This document shows, one piece after another, positions 49,601 to 56,600 of a DNA stretch of 64,000 nt (position 1 is its first letter; each line of letters opens with the position of its first letter). Both the position numbers and the translations under genes were made by a program. This DNA is from an uncultured Planctomycetia bacterium. GTDB lineage: Bacteria > Omnitrophota > Gorgyraeia > JABMRN01 > RBG-13-46-9. The notes below the pieces were generated by a model that did not search any database, was not told the origin of the DNA, and saw nothing but the letters and a program-made list of their open reading frames with translations. The DNA is taken from contig CAZYPU010000001.1 of NCBI GenBank assembly GCA_964649665.1, positions 16,428-80,427 on the forward strand. Reading direction: 5' to 3'.

Positions 49601-50536
49601 AAACATTATAAAGCGATACGGAAAATCGTGGAAGAAAGATTCCCGGGTAAAGCGTGCGTGTATTTAATAGCTGACGTCTGCCGGGATAATCTCCTCGTGG
49701 AAATCGAGGCAGTGGCGTATACATACCAAAAGCCTGAAGCCGTAACCGAAGAGACGGTTTTGCAAGAGACAGATCCGCCGAAGGAAGCCGCAAGAAGAGA
49801 AGGTAAGAAAGACCGGCCGGCTGATGAACCGCATGAACCGGGCGTACCGGTTGCAGAAACGAAGGGGAGCCCGGAAGACGTAATGCAATTCTTGAGGAAT
49901 CTTCGGATCCCCAAAGAGCTCGCGCAACGTTTTGTGGAAAGCATAACTTCGCGCGCCTTGGGCAAAAAAGAAATTATTCTGGCGTTCGAGGATGCGATAG
50001 GAAGCGGCAGTGATAAAAGCCCCCTCAGCATCTTCGAGGCGTTGAAAAAACTGAGAAAAAACCCCACATTCTGCCTTCTTCTTAAAAACGTTGACGTTGT
50101 TATTGGTTCATCGAATAGTCTTCATAATAAGCTCCAGCGGCATTTCGCAAAACCCGATACGGAGGTATTCCTGTTCGCGAGGGCAGATTCCAGGGAGAGA
50201 TTGAGAGGGGTAGAAGGCAAGCGAGGCGTGCATTCCTTCTACATAAAAGATAAGGGTTTTAACATAAAAGATAAGGATTTTACCAAAAACGCCTATTATC
50301 CCCTTCTGGAGATAGTGACAATTGCCCTAAAACAGCATATTGCTGATTTAGTTTCGGTCAGCGTTGGGCTCGATAAACTAGGCATAGAGCTTGAGCAATT
50401 GGGAATAGAATCGATACTGGAAGAAGAATCCACGGGTGTTTTGGTTTTCACACTTCTGCCTAACGCGAAAGCGCATGACAAACAAGCCCTTATCAAGCGA
50501 TACGCCGACTTAAAGCGCTTCATCCGCTCTGCGTAG
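37682..50536 (+). CDS. Giant multi-domain membrane-associated protein (4284 aa): GT2, GNAT, ~13 novel ~80-aa repeats and tandem RidA-like domains
   Basis: Single uninterrupted 12.9 kb ORF. N-terminal signal-anchor homologous to that of the next giant ORF (ILWANP versus ISWAYP). Domain calls are listed as separate features. Confidence 0.85.
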   Translation: MGQNKSIIFKAICFSLVITFCFENILWANPEAFKKNVSNGTLQVQSKINPIATPELLHQGLIEFSLRYIVQAVDDIANINFPLTPEAPHYAKDIKIVLDFSPPTENKKEGKHKEGDNWIVPCTIFDSRGRYFWTYEAVIHPDKSISWKKKISAESAIVPEPQPPAPPVEEPTLAPQASRPLPNPSAFRDLHRSEEGARWPFGKRQLATQDPRRDSDRVEHALGKTRQRYELTQVMDRIVQGVKEKFGSGFVLAIDGQKATRKTTLSEIMSKGISDISSGDIEVLSYTKGMYERERDYMRVVKRALREKKLVVCEGQSMVQILEEGNIFPDLILYHKANLMTQLYSSFLRSFLLSKAYRERMLDDEKKGLSLLLTLCDWAPFGLIFFIWEVYKIFTEKKSDKETLNELSKRPNCVTLNFSTYKLGGLTIEDVYGIMTSVADSASYPSVATVEHGLISEVPGAPLTAEDYVRQKEKEGAEFILLYSREGRLVRCMSIKEAKYAAGNMEIAGIALRIKEGETQFFEAGRTDFETGKIVESLDYTAEMKEPKKVYFVVPMHKEMKRLLPETKDNPYGEDALRKTVWQLQEGSRINRRFKWQLILVDDGTPGNASAKLAEKLWAEIQEEYASWGETLDPSQVIIEKITPREKKKMKSRKGGAVLRGFNIALKSASPGDYIGYTDLDISTDMRQTGFLLKALAEGDAEVAIGSRWAKGGKGEKVPPSGIVSSKVYNLLVQTLMPPLRGIQDTQRSFKLFTKRAAEEILRHAKDNGFAFDTELLLLAKLLSYRTSEVPIAWIDSPGATTLSMFTDGPKMVWSLFRQRRHMFGKMFRSSYIMTRSGATSGSGEGERPLGLIGKWMLTPEAKFKEDHPGCRAGDITFMARRIDYPERDEIEIKLRARCVPFTEFDNFRRTGVEEIDSALKEFLYAFTSLKVKGVTLYMEPNRYGIYGIGTKDIIAVRGPLRFSKIAKTHEIMHAALDAGALTLKTVIDNIKGGEKALNEYIGKNPRRQVPGMRAHYALRLLFRQRNPIRDKLLTRFLKIIQPVRDFLDIRLFGGLSLAGRAGILAVFAYVLESYVGTNRWLLLSVIAVSSIILVDVWYSLWEKWEKTGELINGLLGTRKGHETLTAEVNEIVFDRYPGRRWIPGNVKEALKLDDPSADTTYIIASFKKSNVPIGYLAFTAKSTDAAITCVNLWINEKHRHKGIALKLLERFLEEAERRQKKSAIFRLKKNEGINLDVVTGLLKAAAALRGARIAIVPTSYGRLIRIWLYKSRPRTQLLSAALPLSLLAIEAAKEEPIIIKPWMEAAFMAGFAFLCLCEIIRKYWDAIKENRAVGYAIERFANLIKWLDDFLPIVFLAAILSFVPCPKVSPSAHAAMVTQPPAAAGVVNTLPVAAQVGAADISSTLLDFISTPVSIGLMIGLIFAILCMMYRKVAAALFNNTCVYIKEMLGDKYIRFWARFQEDREALERLFAESRKTAQKYSSSPQDSVEFYAIECYLIARRKGKVKYIHFSQELAKAFRRDRRFIGRSIAWYRFRVRLKSLWARILLKGEGLAGDGLEDLQKSIRYCESLLRLDTLIYKNREQYARQIFDAIINNPERFPGIKEVPDPDDPGTHMLVYESPNSSGVRNPKDGFIKPLLIPTLTGIAAPAAGAVLAAPYFAEIPTYISDILNWFASIGAGGALSWKTIAILVTFVPLFISIVSAVKGESLSGKYRGIWRERLEKALRKHSKLNKDGVIPDLATLLSIRHKLFRSERASGSLLAILQAYQDLLSGGIIKKPKFAPLHIFVLRDLGFVTDELWAEYEVYITSKNNDEISEPRIKLWHSLVRAVLKKEDMLGKDGTIDDVKKLEGIKPDFFTSRKGRAGINEVYEAFQRAAKKKNIPYRYAHKRKFVLYVLRILGFLTDEMCGIVENIDFTFPSDKLKKKYHAALAPVLRKKDILNEKGKVRDIDALLRVNVKLFRARKEEGKGVSLYSIFISYQKKARLSRIKKPKHATWPCFILYSLGFVTDEVWKGYLSYRRKLLLKRETRAAERQSKPVPFPASFNVTQAQLSGVRKALEKIHVLDEKGMIKSLGAFDSITRQSIVEGGGGPAYGIFKSGIQRTEQALPGGTDLCHYMLYHLGFVSEAVWLEYTQYLKIKEALKKVNMLNRRGKIRDITALLRVNATFLSNQGILGVYLSYVRAHYEFKRDTPKGIKLHYYALYRLGLVTEELLREYKWYIRLEKALRTRLKLDQNGKIRDHATLLSINTNFLEKEGLLEGYRLYMEAHPELAKETPEGTEPHHYLLRHLGLFAKALFTQESEGYAQLKNALKESEKLTPEGEVRDLKALLSINIEFFEKKKVLEAYQSCLKTVAEELPEGAEGCHYVLYSLGLVSGNLWTEYTWYCRLKKALKGAGKLSPEGIIKNLTSLRGIDYAFFNEHGIVRISQFYTRRYPGFWRGIPRGADGWRYLLYNLGFVDDELWQNYLWYAKISVTLKAAGKLDKQGAIRDINTLSNIGAAFFKEHDISGIYQAYLEENPDFIQSVPEGVEPRHYFLFILDFMPDKFLREYKCCSEMKRALEKAGKLNKAGEIPDLATLLGMNKKFFSEIGALPAYEAYLEFYPELEHHAPEKESAECDALHRMGFVSKELYQKYMLHLKVKQILKNSGKLDKTGKFRDIDSFLSVNSGFLREHKILNSADAFFRKNPELMKKMLATADISHCFLYCLGLVSEELWNKYETRCPFKAVLWKERLLDSHRRIRDYDALFSINAAFLKKHGLLSLYQSYVQEHPGFAEKLPEGANPRHYFLYRMYRMGLVSDEVWNGYIKCVTTPEFLKLNDEKRMWYVTRRYCLEAARIIRPGEIIQEAAILLNIREPVFRRKKTKETWREATRYYSRQWEEGLLGKFELENLDIYILKDLGLATASSWDEYLAYSARERAARIEKSAMTARGSVLNRIKGLAVDIQKAIEEGDIASAAAALDMIDKLCEGHGGRISLPEQIKILLDGFREQTSQMIDAGMREFADARREIEKGIYAAYADLVNLVDNIDALANPPVGEEGVEEEDRATHELLIILQFKRESLDSLKTLEDDLEVIRKKITELVGESGNFENTLAARAVIQLEELEEGIPKLPAKIEKLFSRLLGENSGKEEAQEPIEDIEVIVDIEVEPGAAKGPDLEIAADITIEEMPDEEPKTTETENIKERRLDLEFARDLLSMFDSGVPVTEGEIQDEIDYIESNLEAIRGESKKLWETAKMLLERLKKARWIVRIKARKCLAGARKTTEQPSSELIASRTIGGFLRQNPDKTLLQIMPLVVRTGNWVAVEIAIGMIREDETLKLKKDDAAYLAEIEAQLLKAQKAQKGAKKTAKSKPTRNPKDGFIKPLLIPTLTGIAAPAAGAVLAAPYLSKSFGLPLVAGVAIIAIILILYSRYSKEIKALWKMTCINLGDLYEDFSIEIMERLRKDHETFKWLFDYVDELVKLPMSFENAEKLFAVKCYLLIRKKGRVNCDRFLRTLTSALRDDIEYSRQSIVWNNSMIGRKKFWVHLLRRSDDSTTKREIRDLESEIERERILSEMEIEGAQDMLNGKENSVRRIFDLVCANPDFFPGIKKIPDSKNPEIGALAYMPAAPESSVADMGICKHVLLSVSPREETTLEKQTQEALSRAKKLLTDMGYNESAVVKQTVFLRSVSDKAECKEIIEAHYDRGPPPATSYIKEPPADGSDVTIEILAIKGENTNVRRVNEFLTVVEQENLKWAYVAGIEPDETIPDETIEDTYEQALNAFRKMKDVLEENGFNFEDVIRTWIYERDLLKTENGSQRYQLLNDARSEFFNTGDNGKKIHFGRNFRNLIRDPQLKEEILPPASTGIGMSGGTFVMECLALSTTRNDVSITPLENPDQVPAHKYSKKVLRKGRSEEEKTSPMFSRGMVVNIGGYKMTLISGTASIKGPKTVHKRSVKKQTKTTIENILRVIEQAGASLADIPQLRVYIKNSKHYKAIRKIVEERFPGKACVYLIADVCRDNLLVEIEAVAYTYQKPEAVTEETVLQETDPPKEAARREGKKDRPADEPHEPGVPVAETKGSPEDVMQFLRNLRIPKELAQRFVESITSRALGKKEIILAFEDAIGSGSDKSPLSIFEALKKLRKNPTFCLLLKNVDVVIGSSNSLHNKLQRHFAKPDTEVFLFARADSRERLRGVEGKRGVHSFYIKDKGFNIKDKDFTKNAYYPLLEIVTIALKQHIADLVSVSVGLDKLGIELEQLGIESILEEESTGVLVFTLLPNAKAHDKQALIKRYADLKRFIRSA
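39329..40150 (+). other. Domain: family 2 glycosyltransferase (DPM1-like polyprenol-phosphate glycosyltransferase)
   Basis: YFVVPMHKE ... LVDDGTPGNAS ... YTDLDIS (DxD) ... QRSFKLFTK. Confidence 0.7.
41150..41345 (+). other. Domain: GNAT N-acetyltransferase
   Basis: IGYLAF...VNLWINEKHRHKGIALKLLERFLEEA (motif A, R-x-x-G-x-A-type). Confidence 0.55.
43040..46430 (+). repeat. Intragenic array of ~13 divergent tandem repeats of ~75-85 aa (K-A-L-x-K-x-G-x-I-R-D-x-x-x-L-L-x-I-N ... P-E-G-x-E-x-x-H-Y-x-L-Y-x-L-G-[FL]-V-[ST]-[DE]-E-x-W-x-x-Y)
   Basis: Recurrent LGFVTDELW, LGFVSEAVW, LGLVTEELL and LGLVSEELW units read in the translation. No known family recognised. Confidence 0.7.
48533..48826 (+). 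other. Domain: RidA/YjgF/L-PSP-like (first copy)
   Basis: AVVKQTVFLRSVSDKAECKEIIEAHYD..PPATSYIKEPPADGSDVTIEILAI. Confidence 0.55.
49394..49722 (+). other. Domain: RidA/YjgF/L-PSP-like (second copy)
   Basis: LISGTASIKGP..TIENILRVIEQAGASLADIPQLRVYIKN..HYKAIRKIVEERFPGKACVYLIADVCRDNLLVEIEAVAY. Confidence 0.65.
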
Positions 50537-50588
50537 CACGCCGTAACAGCGTGTAAATCAACCCTGTTAGTATTTTCAATAGTTACCT

Positions 50589-50625
50589 TCCTGTGACACT
50601 TGCCCCACTATTTTATGCTATATTA
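50589..50625 (+). promoter_or_regulatory. Second copy of the TCCTGTGACAC-N15-ATGCTATATTA motif, directly upstream of the 3897-aa giant ORF (ATG 9 nt after TATATT, so likely leaderless)
   Basis: See 37579-37615. Confidence 0.55.
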
Positions 50626-50633
50626 AATCTTAT

Positions 50634-53600
50634 ATGTTGCATATAAAACGTAGTATTTGGGTAAAATTTATAGCAATGGGCATGGCCTGCCTATTTTTTC
50701 TTGACACCATCTCGTGGGCGTATCCCGTTGACCGGTCCGAAATTACCACTCTCGCCGCGCAAAGCATGTTCAACTCCATTCTCGACGCCATTACAAAAAA
50801 GCCCTCCGAACGCTACTCATACCGAAAGCGTCTGGAAAAAGAAATGGTCTGCATTATCGAAATGGCGCTTAGGGCGCTGGATAGGAAGAACCCTGACATT
50901 GACTGGGGAAGCCACCTCAACATTAACGCGGCGCTTAACACGATGCAGCATGACGGGCGTTACCGCAAGCTGATGGAAGTCCTGGATATACCGAGGCGCC
51001 TGGAGGACGAAAAAGGGGAGTACATCGAAATACTCGTAAAAACCACAAGGCCAAGCGGAAGACAAAAAGAATTTACGATTAAATTCCGCGGCGAAAAACT
51101 CGATGACCTCTCTGATCGGGGCAAGATTGAGATTATATCCGCGGAAGGGAATACTGCGCCGGCGCCAAATACGGATATCGAGGCGCCGAAAGGACCGTAC
51201 GGAACCGGGGTAAAAAGGGTTAAGGTACCATTCAAGGAAAAGAATCTGGAGGCGCGAAAAAAGAAAGCGCTTTCCTTTATTAAAATAAAATCCGCCGAAT
51301 ACTGCCACAGTGAACTTTGGGATAATATCTGGAACAGCCTTGTTTATAATGGGGGCGTAGCTGAAATAGGAGCGGTTTTAAAAAGGAAGATAAATCGGGT
51401 TCTGCGCTCGCCCCCGGTGGTTAGGAAAAAAGAAGTTGCCATGGAGGCGGTGAAGAGCCTTGCGACTTCTCTTGCCCTAAAAGAGAACTCCGGCAGCGTT
51501 GACCGCGCGTTAATGCGTGATTTTAGAATAGCGGTTCTTTTATTGCTGGATATCTTTGTGCCGGGCATACATGAGGAATTTAAAAAGCAAGATATTTTGG
51601 ACGGCGAACATTTCTTTCCCGGGATATTCGACCGCCTCTCGATTCGCGGTATCCCTGCCGCCCCGGCCGCAGACATGGCCGAGCCGCAATCGCCAAAACC
51701 TGAAGGCCCAGCGCAGGGGCCGAAAGCCGAATTCATGATTCCGGGCGCGGCGCCGGACATGGGCGCGGCGGCGCTCGGAGCGCTCTGGCCGTTCGGGTTA
51801 GTCGGCGCTCTGCCGAGAACACCGCGGCGCCGGTTCGGGGAGCCCCTTATAGATTCGTTATTTAATCGCGGCAAGCGCTTCATGCAGCCGGCTATCCCGC
51901 CCGAGATGGGCGGCGCCGTAGCCGAGCCGGCATCGCCGAAGCCCGCACATGGGACAGGTACAAGCTCGGATTTGAAAGCGTCCCTACCGTCCTATACCGA
52001 AGAGACCCTGTATGCGCTGGAACAAGCAGGAGGCAATCAGGCAAAAGCAGCCGGCATACTTAACATAGGCCTATCAGCTGTCTCAGAGAGAAAAAGCCGC
52101 ATAAGACGAGTCGCCGTCAAAATAAACGATAATGCCACGCTCAAACGGCTGCTACCCCTACCGTCCTATACCGAAGAGACCCTGGAGGCGCTGAAAAAAG
52201 TAGGGGGTAATCAAGTAAAAGCAGCTCGTGTGCTTAGTATAATCCAACAAACTGTTTCACAGAGAATAATCGCCATAAGACGGGCCGCCGCCAGAATAGG
52301 CGATAAGGCCACGCTTGAACGACTTGCTAAAGCGCTATTATCATTACCTGCTTATACCGAAGCAACCCTGGAGGCGCTGGAACAATCGCAAGGCAAGCAG
52401 AAAGAAGCAGCCGGTATACTTAAGATAAGCCAAGCAACTGTTTCACGAAGAATAAGCGCCATAAGATCAATCGCCACCAGAATAGACGATAAGACTACAC
52501 TTGAACGGTTTAATGAAGTGTTAAAAGTCTCAAAAGGCGCCGCCCCAGGCGACAGCGTATCGTCAAGAGGTCGTCAAGGCGCCGCAATCGGCGCGGGACT
52601 TACCACTTTAAGCTGGCAGGCGGGATTATGCTTCTTCGCGTTCCTATTCGTTTATGAGATCGCCCGGCAGGTCTGGTATGCGAGATTCTACAAGAATTTA
52701 CTCGATAGCCACCCCAAGGCTACGCGAATAATCAATTCCTTCTTCTCAAGCTCCTTCCATTTCCCGCGGGTCATAGAAGATTTTATAAAGAACCATATCA
52801 CGCAGCCGTTACTGAATATATTCTCAAGAATAAGATTTCAAAGCCCGATCGTGCAGGTCCGATTAGCCGGCATTGGCCGCACGATTACCGTTTTCAGAAT
52901 GCCGGTGGAACTAATGATGTCTGAGAAATCGCCGCAGAAGCCGCCGGGCCATGCGCTAGGAGAGCTGCCGGCGTCCACCGCAGTCCCGTCCGAGCCGCTA
53001 GGCGCGCCGGAGGGAGCACACTCCCAACCTGACAAACTCGAACAGGTTAGGATCTTGTTGCGCACGCTCATCCAAAAAATAAATTTATTCTTTTTTGGAA
53101 TATTTTCGCAAAAGAAACAATCGCGCGAAGTTGGCCTTGAAGATTTGGTTTTTGAAAGGGCCGTTATAATCGGCGAAGGATCGTTCTCCCGTGTATTCAG
53201 AGTCCCGCATAAAGACAATGGCGTCGATTACGCGTTAAAACTTTATTGCAAGGCGCCTCCGGGTTATTCTCTGAAGAGCGCCGTTGAATTGATCGATTAT
53301 CAAATGCGCATCGCCCGCGAGTATCCGCAACTGATTAAATCCGGAATCATGCCCAAGTATTTTACAAAAGGCAGTTGTTATTTTGACGGCGATAGGCTCA
53401 GCCTTGCACCAATAAGCGAAAAAGCATACCCATGCCTGCTGATGGAGTATATCAAGGGAGATGATCTATCTTCTCTATCAGATCTGGATTATCACGTAGG
53501 GACAAAACTTGTTAGGGATGCATTGGCGGAGGGGCAAGACCAATATATTATCGCTGCCCTATATAATATTCTGCGTGATAAGCTGGACGAGGCATATTCT

Positions 53601-56600
53601 ATAGCGCAGGCAGTTAATGCCTGTCATAGCGCAGAGCCTCATGGCACTTTTCCCGGGGGATTACTGATTAAGGAGCTCAAGCCGACTAACATTAAAGTAC
53701 GGCCAGACAAAACCGTTTGCCTGGTGGATCTCGAAAGTGCGGTCCCGCTAAATTATGACTGGGTGCGTAATCCTTCCGGAGTGCCGCCGGTAGCGAGACT
53801 GGTGATGACCAGCGCTTTCAGCGAGGATAAAAACGCTTTTAAAGACAAATCCAAAGCGGGCTTAATCCTCTTAGGGCAAAAATTGGATGTGCCGTGGGAT
53901 ATTTATAGTTTTGGCGTGGTATTATCGAGGATGCTGCATGAATATAACATAACGCTGGATGACGCCGCAGAGATTAAGGAAGCAGCAGTACAAACCGATA
54001 CGATGAGAAGGTTCTTGGAAAGAGCAGAATTTGCCAAGGGACAATTTAAGCGGTCGATCGCCGGCATGAAGGAGATTATAAAGAAATGCACGATAAAAGA
54101 TCGAACGAAGCGCTACCGGGATATGGGCGAGGTCATCGAGGCGCTTAAAGATTGCATTGGCGTGGTTGATAAAGAATTCAGGGGCAAAATTCCCGCTGAG
54201 CTGCCGTCGCAGGAACCGCGCGGCACCACGTCCCAAGAGAGCATTGAGCCTAAAGCAGCCGCGGCCGAGCCGCCGGCGCCGCGAGTCGCGCCAAAGGCGA
54301 CAGAGCCATTGCCGGAAACTGCAGGAACAAATTCAGGCCCAGATTCGAAATCGCCTCTGTCCCCGTCTATGCTTCCGGGCGGGGAAGAACAGCCGTATAA
54401 GCCCGGCCAATACGTATACGAACACCCGTATAAGTGGTTTTTAATTTCCGCAGCAGGGTTGTCAGCCAATTTGCTTGCGGCGGCCTTATGCCTGGTCCCG
54501 GCTATATTGATTTCATCTTCCATCAACCTTTCCACGCCACCGCTTATAGCGCTCGGCGGCGCGCTATTATATTGCGCAGGCGCTCTGAACGCGATAATAT
54601 TTGCCGTTAACATTCTCGAAGCCGGCATGGCGTTTATCCGGGGAGACGTTGTGGTAAAAGACATCCCGTCGGAAACGGATAAAATTAAAAAATACCTTTA
54701 TACCGCCAGCATACCGCACGAACTGGGCCACTATCTTATGGCGAGGTTATTCGGATTAAATGTGAAATTTTCCACAATCGGGGTTGATTGTAAAGATATC
54801 GACGTGTTTGAAGTAACCGATTATACGAATATGCGCTACGCGATTAATATGATGAAAGAACGCGGCCTTTTCCCATTCTCAAGCTCGCAACCCGGCAAAT
54901 TTAATCGGGTTAAAATCGGGGGGAGTAATGAATTCGTTTTTAATGTTACCGAAAAAGACAGATATTTGTTAGAGCAAATGGTTCGGGCCTGGGCTTCGGA
55001 GAAAAGCCTTGACGCCGGCATTGAAGTGACAATGGATAACCGTCTCATCAACGTTTATAAAGGCCATGACCAGTACGCAATTCTGAGTTATTCGGTGGGG
55101 ATGGGAGAAAATTCAGAAATTGAAATCACTATCTATAATCAACGCGTAGAGTATCCATATAAAAGTCAGGGATTGATGGCGCTTTTACAAACCTATATCT
55201 TTTATCTGTCTAAATCGGACAAAGTCACTTATTGGAACATAGAAGGTACGGACGGAAAGGTATTCGCGAAAACAATGGAGGATAAAGGTATCTTAACGGA
55301 TGTAAAATACAAGAAAACTTCCCGCCTCGAAGATCATACCGAAGTGCGCTATGCGGAAGCGAGCATTAATAAAAACGTAGTGGCACAAAGAGCCAAGGAC
55401 TATCCGTTCGCGGCCGAGCCGCCGTCGCCGCAGGGTCCGAAAGCCGAATTCATGGTCCCGGGCGCGGCGCTGGATACAGGCGCGGCGGCGCTCGGAGCGC
55501 TCTGGCCGCTCGGGTTAGTCGGCGCTCTGCCGAGAACACTGCGGCGCCGGTTCGGGGAGCCCTTTATGGATTCGATATTTAACCGCGGCAGGTGCTTTAT
55601 GCAGCCGGCTATCCCGCCCGAGATGGGTGGCAGCGCGACCGAGTGCGAGGCGCCGAAGCCTGTGAATATTAGCGCTGAAAAAAAGGAGGCGTTTTTTAAT
55701 GAATTAGGTATAGGAGAGGAAGCCCTCGCAGCCGCTATCTTGAAATCCCCTACACTCGCAGGGCTTAACCCAGCCCGTGTAAGGAGGGCCTGGAGAGATA
55801 AATTAGGCATAGAAAAAGAAGCCCTCGCGGCCGCTATCTTGAAATGGCCTAAAATTGCAGGCTATAATGTTCCAAATAATATCAAGCCGAAACTGCAGAT
55901 TCTCAAGATGTTTAATGTCGGAAAAAATAAAATAATGGACTTCCTTATCAGGATAGTTGATTTTAACAGCAAGGCATTGGAATTTATTTTAGAGGCCTCA
56001 AAAGCGTCTTCTTTTGAGATAAAAGACATCAAGACATTAATAAGGATCTATAGAAAACTGAATAAAGCTGTCAAAGCTAAGACAAAAGTTACACTTGCCG
56101 GATGGTTCCGGGAACGAATAACCGATGATATTAATTTGACGGTGAAGCCAATTCTGTCGGATATTATAACCGAATTGCAGTCAGAAGAGACTGTGGATGA
56201 GGATTTGTGGGCAATGATAAAAGAAGCGAAGGCAATATTTGAGAGACAAGAAGAGAATGCCGTTGCCAGAGGCGAAAGAGAAGAACCTCGTAAATTTTCT
56301 CCTATTGCCTTATTTAGAATAGATTCGGCCCTTTACTATAGAGCCAGAAGAATAGGAATGTTGCGCAGGCTGCATTATATTAAACCCAGGTTAGGGTTGC
56401 GCAAGGAAGATACCGGCAGGCTTATTCAGGAGATAATGAAAGCAGAAGAAGAGTTTGACCGGCGTGAAGAGCGGGATGTCCGACGAGGATTTAGGGACAG
56501 CGCCCGCCCATGGATTCGTAGAAGGCTTTGGGAAATCAACCCATACCTGTATGATTTTTTACATAATCATAGGCCGGATTTACTCAAAACCTGCGTGCCT

